Virus record (IMG/VR): IMGVR_UViG_3300025877_000002
Source: an uncultured virus (IMG/VR IMGVR_UViG_3300025877_000002)
Lineage: Duplodnaviria > Heunggongvirae > Uroviricota > Caudoviricetes
Reading direction: 5' to 3' (one strand)
Length of the DNA: 64,000 nucleotides
The notes under the pieces are model-generated. The model was given only the letters and a program-made list of their open reading frames with translations. It did no database searches and was not told where the DNA came from. This document shows, piece after piece, positions 27,333 to 36,902 of the stretch (positions are counted from its first letter, which is position 1; the number at the start of each line of letters is the position of its first letter). The position numbers were made by a program, and so were the translations under genes.

Positions 27333-27448
27333 TAAGCAACCGGCAGATAGTTAACTAGGTGACGTTCTGCCTTATAAGATAGAATATCCTTAACGTGAAG
27401 ATCCAAATACAGGGATCTTCCATAAGGTCACGATCTGCCGGTTACTCA
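27333..27448 (-). ncRNA. Candidate structured RNA (multi-stem junction) in the leader of the DUF1508 gene
   Basis: 16-bp closing stem UGAGUAACCGGCAGAU/AUCUGCCGGUUGCUUA with G-U pairs, plus inner stems GUGAC/GUCAC, GAAGAUCC/GGAUCUUC and UUCU/AGAA. Confidence 0.55.
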
Positions 27449-28201
27449 TATATTTCTTTTTACTCCCCGAGTAACCAAAGATATTGATATACCCGTTACT
27501 AGGGTTGAACTTATAATGGGCTTCAGGGTCATAATATCACTAGGAGGTCCGAATAGTTTATTTTTAAAGGTATTAGTTGTATCCAAAGGATCGTCTATTA
27601 CAATTCTAAAGTACCCTGATACAGTTCTTGAGTTTTTCTTTTTACCCCCCGGAGTTCCCGATGGCCTGAATTGTGAGGCCGATGATAGGGGGAAATCTGA
27701 AGTAAGTACTCTTGCACTCTTGAAAGAGAACCATTCCAAACAGTCAAAAGCGATGGGTGAGTATATCCCGTAAAGATTTGTGGGAAGGGCGGGTAAGGGG
27801 AATTCTGTATGTACTTCATAGCCGGGTGCTGTTTCTCCCCAATACAAGAAATTACTTACTCTATTACCCTGAGATTTACCTAACCTATTTAAATCAGTGG
27901 GGTGAACCCAGCCAGCTTTAACATTCTTAGTTTCATTATTTACTAACGCATCATCCCATTGTTTTTTCCTGCGCCTACTGCGATATCTAAAAAACCAGTA
28001 GGAAGCATTGTAGTTCCTAAAAGTCTCATCTCTTTGCCTGTGATACCCAAGGTAGACAGAGGGCTGAATAACACTAGCTGAGTGTCCTATCTTAATCTTG
28101 GGAGTGGGTATTTGGATTATACCGGGATGTATTAAATCCCCCGTCTGTAGTTGTTCAGGTTTATTATTTGTCCCTACTACTAAAGGTTTCTTAAGAGTCA
28201 T
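27446..28201 (-). CDS. Virion-associated protein sharing an N-terminal motif with 28201..28674
   Basis: Starts MTLKKPLVV..NKPEQLQTGD. Confidence 0.6.
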   Translation of the reverse strand: MTLKKPLVVGTNNKPEQLQTGDLIHPGIIQIPTPKIKIGHSASVIQPSVYLGYHRQRDETFRNYNASYWFFRYRSRRRKKQWDDALVNNETKNVKAGWVHPTDLNRLGKSQGNRVSNFLYWGETAPGYEVHTEFPLPALPTNLYGIYSPIAFDCLEWFSFKSARVLTSDFPLSSASQFRPSGTPGGKKKNSRTVSGYFRIVIDDPLDTTNTFKNKLFGPPSDIMTLKPIISSTLVTGISISLVTRGVKRNI

Positions 28202-28674
28202 TACAATTTGATTGGTTGAGTTGGGGCAATTAACATTTCAGTAGTTGAAGTTGCAGTTCCCACTTCCTGTACATAGCCTGTAGCAACAGCCCCCGTTTTA
28301 AGTTTGCCGGCAGTAGCTTCGTCTAGGAAGTAAGTGTCACCCGGGGTAAGGCCCCCAGTTTGCCCCGTTACCGCATCCCATTGAGCTGTAGTTGCAACCA
28401 TTATATCTTGGAAAGCAATATAACCTGAAGCTGTGGTTAGGATGGTAGCATCCATTACTAGGCCGATACAGTTGGAAGTTCCAGCGGCATTAGCTCTTGC
28501 CTTATCCATAGTCCCCGCTGCTGAGATATACACTGGGGTACAGATAATTAAAGTACCCGCATTCCCATTGATGAGTTGGTACTTGTTTACATTATCCGCT
28601 AAAGTATCCCCAGTTTGTAATTGCTCGGGTTTGTTTGTCGTACTGTTAAGTACTAGTGGTTTCTTAATTGCCAT
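28201..28674 (-). CDS. Head/tail fibre-like structural protein
   Basis: Small-residue-rich beta protein; GLTPGDTYFL..G.L...YVQEVG pattern. Confidence 0.6.
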   Translation of the reverse strand: MAIKKPLVLNSTTNKPEQLQTGDTLADNVNKYQLINGNAGTLIICTPVYISAAGTMDKARANAAGTSNCIGLVMDATILTTASGYIAFQDIMVATTAQWDAVTGQTGGLTPGDTYFLDEATAGKLKTGAVATGYVQEVGTATSTTEMLIAPTQPIKL

Positions 28675-28683
28675 TGTTATATT

Positions 28684-29121
28684 CTATAAGATATATGATT
28701 CTTCTAACTCTACGAGGAGCGTGGTTGTGCCTAAAGCTCTGCCTATTACTTTGCTGAACCCCGTACTGGGGGGAGTAGCTGAAAGAGAGGTCCCATTTAG
28801 ATAAATGTTCTGTCCCAAAGTCCAAGTCCAAGCCGGGTTGTGTATTTCCCCTTCTGTTATAGCTTCACCGGTAAAGGTAGCAGCAGTTGTTGTCCTTGAG
28901 ATACCCAATACTTTAGGACTATGACCGACAGTAGCTGAATTAGCTCTTAAGCCATCCATTGTTACTACGGTATATATGGGTATGTTATCTTGGGCTATAT
29001 ATTCCACTACTTGATCTTCAGCTAGGGTAAGGTTACGCAAAGTAGCTATAACCGATATCTTGGGCTTTAGAGTAGCAACTACGGAAAGTTTGGGCTTTAA
29101 GGTTACTACTACTGATATCAT
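28684..29121 (-). CDS. Head/tail fibre-like structural protein
   Basis: WTWTLGQNIYL.G.LSATPP..GF...IG pattern; N-terminal 11-aa tandem repeat (ISVVxTLKPK). Confidence 0.6.
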   Translation of the reverse strand: MISVVVTLKPKLSVVATLKPKISVIATLRNLTLAEDQVVEYIAQDNIPIYTVVTMDGLRANSATVGHSPKVLGISRTTTAATFTGEAITEGEIHNPAWTWTLGQNIYLNGTSLSATPPSTGFSKVIGRALGTTTLLVELEESYIL

Positions 29122-29507
29122 GTTAATTTAATGTTTCTTGTGATTCCCTCTTCTATGTCGGTTAATTCTCCTCGAGTAATGCAATCAAATTCGTTGTCGG
29201 GAGATTCTAGGTCTTCTAAGGTTACTTTCATTTCCCACCGTAGGGTACGGCTTGGGTCTACTTTAGAAATAGCCTCATCCATAAGGTGGATCTGAAAGAT
29301 ACCGTTGGGAGCATCTGTGATTTCGGTAATCTGTTCGAAGTTGGTGATGCCTGGAGATTTACACCAACGAGAGATAATCTTATCCCTCTCGTAAAAGAAG
29401 ACTAGGACTATCTCTATGATTGTGGTATAGTTTACAGGAACAGCATCAGCATCCTTTATTTGGAATTCGATTATCCTATCTTCACCTCTATATGTGATTT
29501 CTGGCAT
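29118..29507 (-). CDS. BppU-like baseplate adaptor protein
   Basis: YRGEDRIIEFQIKD...ITDAPNGIFQIHL pattern. Confidence 0.5.
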   Translation of the reverse strand: MPEITYRGEDRIIEFQIKDADAVPVNYTTIIEIVLVFFYERDKIISRWCKSPGITNFEQITEITDAPNGIFQIHLMDEAISKVDPSRTLRWEMKVTLEDLESPDNEFDCITRGELTDIEEGITRNIKLT

Positions 29508-29510
29508 GGC

Positions 29511-30374
29511 TTATTTATCGATAAATTCTACTGAGAGGTGATGTATGTACCATTTCACTTCTTCCCCCATATCCCCAACTTTCACCTCTATGGTTACAGA
29601 AGGGTATGTATTAAGGTTGTAAGTAAAGGGGTTAAAGTAAATCCCCGTATTATCTGAAAGTGATATGGAGATCATATAATCTTCATACCTAAGATCACTG
29701 AAAAAAGTATATCCGGAATCTGGCTCTCTACCTGTACCTGTTATTTTAGTGACCCCATTAAATCGAGCAATACCCAGAGCAAGGTTTTCTAAGGTTAATT
29801 CTGTCTCTAAAGAAAGAGCTACATCTTCATAGCCGGTTAATCGGCTATAGCTATCTACAGTAGCAACTGTGGGAAATACTACTGGGTAAATTGGAGAACT
29901 AAAACCCCCCACTTGGATGCCCCCTATTAATACAGCTGCGGTGGGACATTTTACTCCAGTTGATCCGGGTTCTCCTAGGTATCTGGCTAAAGCTTTTATT
30001 TTTATCTTTTGCCCCAGAGCTGTAACGGGTAATACTAATGAAGCTGATTTGGTTATGGCATAAGTATTTACACCATACGGAGCGGGACCGTTAGTACCTG
30101 AGGCAGTAGTAGTGTTTGCATATAATACCCGAGTGGCATACTTGTTATTAATCTGTGCCTGTAGGTTGGCCATCATAACAGCAATAGTATTACCATTAGC
30201 GATTGGAGTGTTTACTCCCGTGGGTAATGTTGTAATACCATACTGAAGGAATAGCTGATCAACCGTGATCTTCTTAGTGATGGCATTGTTTACAATCGCT
30301 AAAAGATCAGCCGCATTATTTGCAGTACTTCCGGTCCAAGCGGGCAATAGGGAGATGGGTGCGTCTAAAGGCAT
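29511..30374 (-). CDS. Tail fibre / receptor-binding-like protein
   Basis: ISLLP...DLLAIV...TKKITV N-terminus typical of phage fibres; follows the baseplate wedge genes. Confidence 0.55.
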   Translation of the reverse strand: MPLDAPISLLPAWTGSTANNAADLLAIVNNAITKKITVDQLFLQYGITTLPTGVNTPIANGNTIAVMMANLQAQINNKYATRVLYANTTTASGTNGPAPYGVNTYAITKSASLVLPVTALGQKIKIKALARYLGEPGSTGVKCPTAAVLIGGIQVGGFSSPIYPVVFPTVATVDSYSRLTGYEDVALSLETELTLENLALGIARFNGVTKITGTGREPDSGYTFFSDLRYEDYMISISLSDNTGIYFNPFTYNLNTYPSVTIEVKVGDMGEEVKWYIHHLSVEFIDK

Positions 30375-30375
30375 C

Positions 30376-31230
30376 TTAGGTTATTATGATTTTTCCGGAG
30401 TTTTCTTGTAATAGTTTTGCTAAGTTTTCCTGCAATAGGAATGGACCATTTGGAGAGTTAGGTGAGCAACTATCTTCAGCTATAGTATCAGTTTCAATTG
30501 TATCATACTCATCGTATAGAGCCCCATCATCATAGAGTATCCCAATATCGTATTGTTTATATACTCTAGTTTCCCAAGTTAATAGGTCATGGTAGCAGTA
30601 ATCGAATATATCGCAGAATTTGATAAGGTAATCTAGGTTCCTTAACTTGGCATTAATGGGTTCTAGGAAAAAGATTACCTTTAGTAAATTAGCCAAAGCA
30701 GTCTGGCTTAAAGGAGAGTATGTATTGGTTACACAGCTATCAGTTGCAGCTGAGAAGCCTATTGTGTATTCTGAGCAAGTGCAGCAGTAAGTATCATACT
30801 TGATATTAGGATCTTCATCATAAAGAAATCCCGCATCATATAGGTGATCTACACAGTCGAATTCTGTTATCCATACCCTGAATCCCAATAGGTTAAAGAA
30901 ATACCAATAGGAAGGGATAGTTCCTTTAATTTTATAGATGGATACTATGTTCAGTAACAATTTCCGATATAACTCTTCCGAGTTCATTACATCGGGAGGA
31001 TTGCCAAGAGTATATGCAATGTGATTCAAGAACTTGGCATCACACTGGGAAGCGTCCATCACATTATTTACTACCTCTTCTATCTTGGGGATTGCTTCTT
31101 CATCTATCTCTATCCCAAAAGTATTGATATACCTTTCAAATGTCCCTTCTCCATTTACGTCCTTGTTAGTGTCTTCTCTCTTATAATAGTGAGGGAACAG
31201 CCCAAAGAAGAACCTTTCAAAAGCGATCAT
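30376..31230 (-). CDS. Baseplate wedge protein (P2 gpI-like)
   Basis: FLNHIAYTLG...YKIKGT...FNLLGF; follows the baseplate J gene. Confidence 0.8.
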   Translation of the reverse strand: MIAFERFFFGLFPHYYKREDTNKDVNGEGTFERYINTFGIEIDEEAIPKIEEVVNNVMDASQCDAKFLNHIAYTLGNPPDVMNSEELYRKLLLNIVSIYKIKGTIPSYWYFFNLLGFRVWITEFDCVDHLYDAGFLYDEDPNIKYDTYCCTCSEYTIGFSAATDSCVTNTYSPLSQTALANLLKVIFFLEPINAKLRNLDYLIKFCDIFDYCYHDLLTWETRVYKQYDIGILYDDGALYDEYDTIETDTIAEDSCSPNSPNGPFLLQENLAKLLQENSGKIIIT

Positions 31231-31231
31231 A

Positions 31232-32935
31232 TTAGATGGGAGGATTTAGTTGTTCTACTACTTGGATATTGATATCTTGTAGAGTGGTTACGGGTACTGT
31301 ATAATCATCCAAGGGTATGTCCTTATTGAAAGGGTAAGTTTTGAATATCCACTGCATACCGTTAGCATAAATTCCGAATAAGATAGTCATCCGAAATGTA
31401 CCCTGAGGATCTGTCCAAGGAACTCCCAGTGGGATATTACCCATAAAGATTGAATCCTTAAATACTCCCATCTTAGCGATTGAAGCTCGGTATTCTAGTT
31501 TCCATTCCGCTGTGTATTGGGAATTAGCCATTGTCCTTCTTACCCAAGATAACTGTTGGGTATGATTGTGAGGCCTTGCATAGGGGATGGAAGAGAATGC
31601 AGTTACAGTTAGGAAATCAACTCTGGGTAAATTATCTACCTTAGCCACTATATCTGATAACCTTACTTGTCGGTTTATGTTTTGGTTTTCAAAGCTTCCA
31701 TATTCTAATAGAGCCGCTATTACATCAGATCCAGTTATTAATACATCAGATCTAAACTTAGCAGTTACCACCATGGTTATCTGTATGGAAGTTTCTCCTG
31801 CAGCCATGGGTACCACTTTAGTAGTAACCATCCTACGAGGTTCGAAGAAGTCTCTAACTATATTGAGTAGGGCATTGTTTGCTATACCGCCTCCTGTGGG
31901 AGCAATATAGATATCTACCGTTTTCCCACAAGAGAATTTAACCTTAGCCTTCCCAACTCCCGGACAGATCCTAGCAATATCCTCATAATCCTGATCTGTT
32001 ACTGCTCTATCTAATGTCCTTATTGAAAGGGGTGCTGATACCCTGATTCTTTCCAGAGTCTCATATCCCAATCCCCCTACTGCGGGTAGTTCGTTATAAA
32101 TTTGGGTTGTGGAAAGAGTGGCTGTCGGTAATACTATTGCGGGAGTAGAAGAGTTAATTGCATATTGACCTACGTTTCCGGGTGTACCTAGAGTTTCATG
32201 AAAACTAGCTACTATTTGGGCGGCATCTGGTATAGCCCCATTTAAGCCATCTCCAAATATTACCCATGCTTCCCCATCTTCTCTAACCTCTACTATAAAT
32301 TTCTTTTCATCAGATAAGGCTAATCCTAATGAAGTAACCTCTGTCCAAGGTATACCGGATATTAATATATCCACACTTTCGAATACGTAGTTAAACCCTA
32401 ATGAGAAGTACTGTCCGGGTGAAGTACCATCAGAGTTTCCCAGCGGTACGTTTGTTCTTACTGTAACCTGTCTTACAGGTACTGTTGCTCCGGTTTCCCC
32501 AATCCCTATAGATACTGATTGGGTATTCATAAACTGTACCCCAGCATTAGTAGTGAATACCGTGAAAGCCGGTATAGTGTAAGGAGCGTTTAGGGGTACT
32601 GGAGTTGTACCATCCGCAGTATCTATTGCTATAACAGTTAAGTCAACAGTAGCGGGAGAAGCAGCTTTAATTCGGTAATCTAGTAACTTAACTAGCCCTA
32701 TCATTGATATTAACCTTCTACAGGTTTGTACAAATGACTCCTGAGCCATGTTATCTATGTAAAGATTTAACATCTCAAAACATCCCGCAACCATACTTAC
32801 TATGATCACTAGGATGTTGGATTCACTTAAGTCACTTATCTCTGGAGCTCTCGTCTGTAACCTGAGGAGAAGGCTAGATTTTATCTGTTGGTAAGACCTG
32901 TCGATATAACCTACCCATGGGTTTTTATATGCCAT
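31232..32935 (-). CDS. Baseplate wedge protein (gpJ / T4 gp6-like)
   Basis: DRSYQQIK, FGDG..GAIP, RAVTDQDYE motifs. Confidence 0.9.
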   Translation of the reverse strand: MAYKNPWVGYIDRSYQQIKSSLLLRLQTRAPEISDLSESNILVIIVSMVAGCFEMLNLYIDNMAQESFVQTCRRLISMIGLVKLLDYRIKAASPATVDLTVIAIDTADGTTPVPLNAPYTIPAFTVFTTNAGVQFMNTQSVSIGIGETGATVPVRQVTVRTNVPLGNSDGTSPGQYFSLGFNYVFESVDILISGIPWTEVTSLGLALSDEKKFIVEVREDGEAWVIFGDGLNGAIPDAAQIVASFHETLGTPGNVGQYAINSSTPAIVLPTATLSTTQIYNELPAVGGLGYETLERIRVSAPLSIRTLDRAVTDQDYEDIARICPGVGKAKVKFSCGKTVDIYIAPTGGGIANNALLNIVRDFFEPRRMVTTKVVPMAAGETSIQITMVVTAKFRSDVLITGSDVIAALLEYGSFENQNINRQVRLSDIVAKVDNLPRVDFLTVTAFSSIPYARPHNHTQQLSWVRRTMANSQYTAEWKLEYRASIAKMGVFKDSIFMGNIPLGVPWTDPQGTFRMTILFGIYANGMQWIFKTYPFNKDIPLDDYTVPVTTLQDINIQVVEQLNPPI

Positions 32936-32938
32936 AAT

Positions 32939-33187
32939 TTACAGTACTAAAAGTTGAATTACTTCTGCCATCATGTCATTACTGGTAGTAACAGTTTGTC
33001 CTCTTACCTTATGCCCATGTCCCAATTTTAGTTGGAATGATTTTTCTTTTCCCTCCAATCTTATCCCATTTTCTTCTCTATACACTAGGGTAGTGTCTAC
33101 TGGTAGTAATAACTCACAATATCCAGAACTGGTGTCTTCTAAAGCAAAGTGAGTTTTGCCCGGGGAGATGGTTAAATTTTTTGACAT
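32939..33187 (-). CDS. Small hypothetical protein
   Basis: Tightly packed ORF resembling the neighbouring 83-aa ORF (THFAL/THLAL...LLLP/LILP). Confidence 0.6.
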   Translation of the reverse strand: MSKNLTISPGKTHFALEDTSSGYCELLLPVDTTLVYREENGIRLEGKEKSFQLKLGHGHKVRGQTVTTSNDMMAEVIQLLVL

Positions 33188-33188
33188 C

Positions 33189-33440
33189 TTATAATAATGA
33201 ATAAAGGTTAGTTAACATTTCTTGGGGAGTGCCTCCCTGACTCCCGTCTACTAAGGTATTCTCAGTTAATTTTATCTTTAATCCCCCCGCAATTAACATT
33301 ACATGTCCTTCTTCCGGAATAAAACTAACGGCTGATCTGGGTAAGATAAGGCAAGCAACTGTATCCCCCACCTGCATTAAGGCTAAGTGAGTAGTGGAGG
33401 TGGGTTGGATGTCGTAATTTACGGGTAAGTTTACGGGCAT
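33189..33440 (-). CDS. Small hypothetical protein
   Basis: Tightly packed ORF. Confidence 0.6.
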   Translation of the reverse strand: MPVNLPVNYDIQPTSTTHLALMQVGDTVACLILPRSAVSFIPEEGHVMLIAGGLKIKLTENTLVDGSQGGTPQEMLTNLYSLL

Positions 33441-33443
33441 GGC

Positions 33444-33839
33444 TTAGTAAGTTATTTTTTGGTAGAAAGGAAATACAAAACTATCCTGTTGGGCAGTCTT
33501 AATTATTTCGTACGTTAAACGTATATTAATCTTGTTATCTTCCTGGTAGATTTGAGGGGGTACTAGTAATTTAATACGAGTCTCCCACTTAGTTATTGCT
33601 TCCACAATATATCTTCTTACTAGACCCGCAAGAATTAAGTCATTTGGGTCCTCCAAAAGATCTCTTACCATAGACCCATACTCGGAATTAAAATACCTAG
33701 TTCCAATCGGCCAATTTAGAATACTGATGATAGACTTTCTGATTAAGGCTATATCTGACTCTATAATTATTTTGCCGGCTACCAACTGAAAAGGAAAGGT
33801 GATACCCTTTCCTAAAATCTTATCGTTATATTCGCTCAT
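33444..33839 (-). CDS. Baseplate gp25/gpW-like protein
   Basis: GITFPF, IL..PIGTRYFNSEYGS, AITKWETRI. Confidence 0.9.
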   Translation of the reverse strand: MSEYNDKILGKGITFPFQLVAGKIIIESDIALIRKSIISILNWPIGTRYFNSEYGSMVRDLLEDPNDLILAGLVRRYIVEAITKWETRIKLLVPPQIYQEDNKINIRLTYEIIKTAQQDSFVFPFYQKITY

Positions 33840-34333
33840 GGTATGAATGAGGTTATGGTGTTACATAAGTTAGTGTTAACTAAATCATCGAGAGCCTGCA
33901 GTTCTTTATCCAGTTCTGTCTCATATAATAACTTATTCAGGGTATCCGGTTCATCGGGGTCGGGAGGACAAGTTACATCTACCATGACCTCAGCTGTTAT
34001 AGTCCTTAAGGCATCCTGTACTAATAACTGTTGGGTATAGGTTAATTCCTCTGCCGCATATTGTGCTACCAATGGGCCCACTGTTTGGGTTAGTGAGGCT
34101 GAGGCTAATACTGTTACTTTCTTAGCCGCTTCTAATAATACTCTAGCCCTTGACATTGCTGCCCTTGCTAATTTCATGTTATCCATTAACAGCTTGGCAT
34201 TGTTCATTTGCCGATCAATATCGGGATACTTGGCTTTTACTTCTGGTGTTACTCTTCGGCACCACAGTAAAGCCATATCCTCAATGGACATATTGGAGTG
34301 AAAGGTTACTCCGAATTTTAGTTTGCAGCTCAT
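33836..34333 (-). CDS. Hypothetical baseplate-region protein
   Basis: Coupled to its neighbours by ATGA overlaps. Confidence 0.6.
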   Translation of the reverse strand: MSCKLKFGVTFHSNMSIEDMALLWCRRVTPEVKAKYPDIDRQMNNAKLLMDNMKLARAAMSRARVLLEAAKKVTVLASASLTQTVGPLVAQYAAEELTYTQQLLVQDALRTITAEVMVDVTCPPDPDEPDTLNKLLYETELDKELQALDDLVNTNLCNTITSFIP

Positions 34334-34977
34334 CCTATTCGTACTTTATTAGATACTCCGATCTCGGATAAATCCTGTATACCTTCGGCAAAAGGTACCT
34401 TAGAATATAATACGGGATACTGTCCTCCGAGATATATTTTGTTACCCTCTCCAGCTGTAATGTTTATCCCTGAATCAGAGATGTGAATAGTATTATTTCC
34501 CACTGTAATAGTGTGATCTGTAGATTTGTTCATTACTGTAGACCCCAGCATTTTGATCTCTCCCGTTTTATCATTAAAGGATATACCTAAACCCTTTGGA
34601 GTCCTGAACCAATAAAGATCGGGATCAGACATATCGGGGGGTATCTCGGTTAAGTTATCGGGTGTCTTTGCATGATGGCCGTATTTCCACATTGGTTTAT
34701 TAGGATTACCCGCCTCAAATTCTACCATCACCATCTCTCCTTTTTGCGGTATCCAGTGCCATCCGTAATTAAATCCGGAAGGTATACCTACAGGAAAAGC
34801 CCAGTACTTGTAGGGAGTAGGGCCGTGTAGGTGGGGTATAATTAATTGCAATCTTCCCATACCTTCTGGGTCTTCTCTTTCATATACAAAGGCTCGGTAT
34901 GAAGAATAATACTTCCCGAACCTTTCCATACCCCAGTAGGATAGATCTTGTATAAACCTTAAAAATGGGTTGTCCAT
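34330..34977 (-). CDS. Baseplate spike (gpV/gp5 OB-fold)
   Basis: DPEGMGRLQLIIP, PQKGEMVMVEFEAGNPNKP. Confidence 0.88.
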   Translation of the reverse strand: MDNPFLRFIQDLSYWGMERFGKYYSSYRAFVYEREDPEGMGRLQLIIPHLHGPTPYKYWAFPVGIPSGFNYGWHWIPQKGEMVMVEFEAGNPNKPMWKYGHHAKTPDNLTEIPPDMSDPDLYWFRTPKGLGISFNDKTGEIKMLGSTVMNKSTDHTITVGNNTIHISDSGINITAGEGNKIYLGGQYPVLYSKVPFAEGIQDLSEIGVSNKVRIG

Positions 34978-36902
34978 TATTCTGCTCTTGTTAATTCACT
35001 AGGTGAAGCGGTTACTACATAAGTACCTTCCGCTTTAATTTCATTATCTGCAACTACTATATTAATTGGGCCCGGTAACTGGGCATTAGGAGTAAGGTTA
35101 GTTTTCTCATCATCTGCTCCCACTGAGTTAGAACAAAGTTCATCAAGTTCTAATCTGTACCCGCCATCTGAAGTTACTGTATGGGTACACTTCTTAATAT
35201 AATAGTTTCCTGAGTATAAGTTACCTACTCCGAGGATGGTTACTACTTGCATATCTGTTACCTTGGGATCACCCAAGCAAGAGGCAGAGGCTTTTAATTT
35301 CTCTAACTCATTTTCTTGTTTTAAGTTCTCAGCTTCTAAGGCTGCAATTTCAGGATCTTCAGCAGAGTATCTATTTGAGGTTGTCGGGGTATTCTTTAAG
35401 GCTTCAGCAAGAGGACCTATTAAATGATCATAGCCTTTACCACTATCCCGTAATTCTTTTAATAACCTAGCATTCTTTTGGCTCTCTTCTATATCCGCAG
35501 TGTAGGTTGTGGAAGTAATAGTATGACCTCCCGTTAATAGGGACTTATCCAATTCCACTCTTTCCTTTATAACTGCCCCAGATTGAGCATATATCTTCCT
35601 ACTCCAGATTGTTCCTACTCCTCCACCCGCTTCTGTATTCCATTTACCTGCAGTTTTAGATTCCGGCCTTAATTTGATAAGGTCTTTGTAGGCCTGTTGT
35701 GAACTATTACCACTAGCCGCACCTTCCATAAATTGGCTAGTATAGTAAGCCCCTACAACTGCAACTGATTCTAGGAATCCTAATCCCCGGATAGCATAGC
35801 TTCCCAGTTTACCTGTAGAAGTTAAAGCTCTAACCCCGATTCGTGAACCCCAACTTATTAGAGAAGCAGTACTTGCCCCTTCTACCAAAGGATTGTTAAA
35901 CCAACTTAACCAACCCTCTTGGGTGTTCTCGTTTAGCTTTTCTGTAGGAGTATTCTCACTGGCTTTGTTAGTATATTGGTATTCTTTTACTTCCGAATCC
36001 CAAGCAGACATCTGAACAGAATTGGCTTCTGATTCTGTAACTTGTCCTTTATCTGATATGTGGAAGTTAAGTAGTTCTCCGCTCCCACCCCGGTATCTGT
36101 ATTGTTTACTCGGCTTTTGGGATAGGTCCCGTTTAGCAACCAACAGTGTTTCGTTCCTTCCACTTAATACATAAGGCCCATTCTTTTCCTTTTTGAGCAT
36201 CTCAAATAAAAGCTGGAAATCTGATTTATTAGCCTGTGGGTAATACATATACCGATTAAATTCGAAGTCTTTCGGTAATTTAGCAATATCATCCTGACCT
36301 GTTGATTCAAAATAACCAGCTGACTTAGCAGGTTTAACTCCAATCATCCCAGTACCGTTAGGATCAGCCATTTGCTTTTTCCTTGGGTTTACTTTAAAAT
36401 CCATATCCCCAAAAGGGTTACTTCCTGTAAGGTGAAGAGTTAATCCATACTTCTTGCAAAAGTCAGATAGGATCTTCATTACATTAAATTCTCTATCTTC
36501 TCCCTCTACTTCCGCACTGTGAATCTCCTGACTAGTGTTATCCTTTAAAGCTGAAGCCTTATCAGTACATGATAAAGTCAAGGTTACTTTCTCATCGTAA
36601 GTTGTTCCTACATCTCTAATATACACAGACATAGCTCTACTTTGGGGACCCTGTATGTAACCCCAAAGGACCTTGAGGTTAGCTCCTTTTTGAAATTCGG
36701 GTCTATCTGCTATTGTTGCATCGGCTGTCTCAATGACAATAGTGGCCTCATCATCTTCCTCTTCCGCGTATTTATAGGTTAGACTAGTTACGGTATAGTC
36801 AGACCTAATGGGTCTAAAGGTATCTTTGTCCTCAGTAGCTCCAGCCTTAAAATAGAATACCCTGATGAAGGGTGCTCCGTATCCGTTTTGCAATATTGAC
36901 AT
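34977..36902 (-). CDS. Baseplate hub (gpD/gp27-like)
   Basis: V.WGY, SD.QLL, GDP..., GVG.LYSGNYYIKKCTH motifs; position after the LysM protein. Confidence 0.8.
   Translation of the reverse strand: MSILQNGYGAPFIRVFYFKAGATEDKDTFRPIRSDYTVTSLTYKYAEEEDDEATIVIETADATIADRPEFQKGANLKVLWGYIQGPQSRAMSVYIRDVGTTYDEKVTLTLSCTDKASALKDNTSQEIHSAEVEGEDREFNVMKILSDFCKKYGLTLHLTGSNPFGDMDFKVNPRKKQMADPNGTGMIGVKPAKSAGYFESTGQDDIAKLPKDFEFNRYMYYPQANKSDFQLLFEMLKKEKNGPYVLSGRNETLLVAKRDLSQKPSKQYRYRGGSGELLNFHISDKGQVTESEANSVQMSAWDSEVKEYQYTNKASENTPTEKLNENTQEGWLSWFNNPLVEGASTASLISWGSRIGVRALTSTGKLGSYAIRGLGFLESVAVVGAYYTSQFMEGAASGNSSQQAYKDLIKLRPESKTAGKWNTEAGGGVGTIWSRKIYAQSGAVIKERVELDKSLLTGGHTITSTTYTADIEESQKNARLLKELRDSGKGYDHLIGPLAEALKNTPTTSNRYSAEDPEIAALEAENLKQENELEKLKASASCLGDPKVTDMQVVTILGVGNLYSGNYYIKKCTHTVTSDGGYRLELDELCSNSVGADDEKTNLTPNAQLPGPINIVVADNEIKAEGTYVVTASPSELTRAE

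Noticed and set aside
27067..27339. 90-aa alternative-frame ORF over the DUF1508 gene
   Set aside because: The 68-aa frame matches a known domain pattern and couples to the next gene; this frame does neither.
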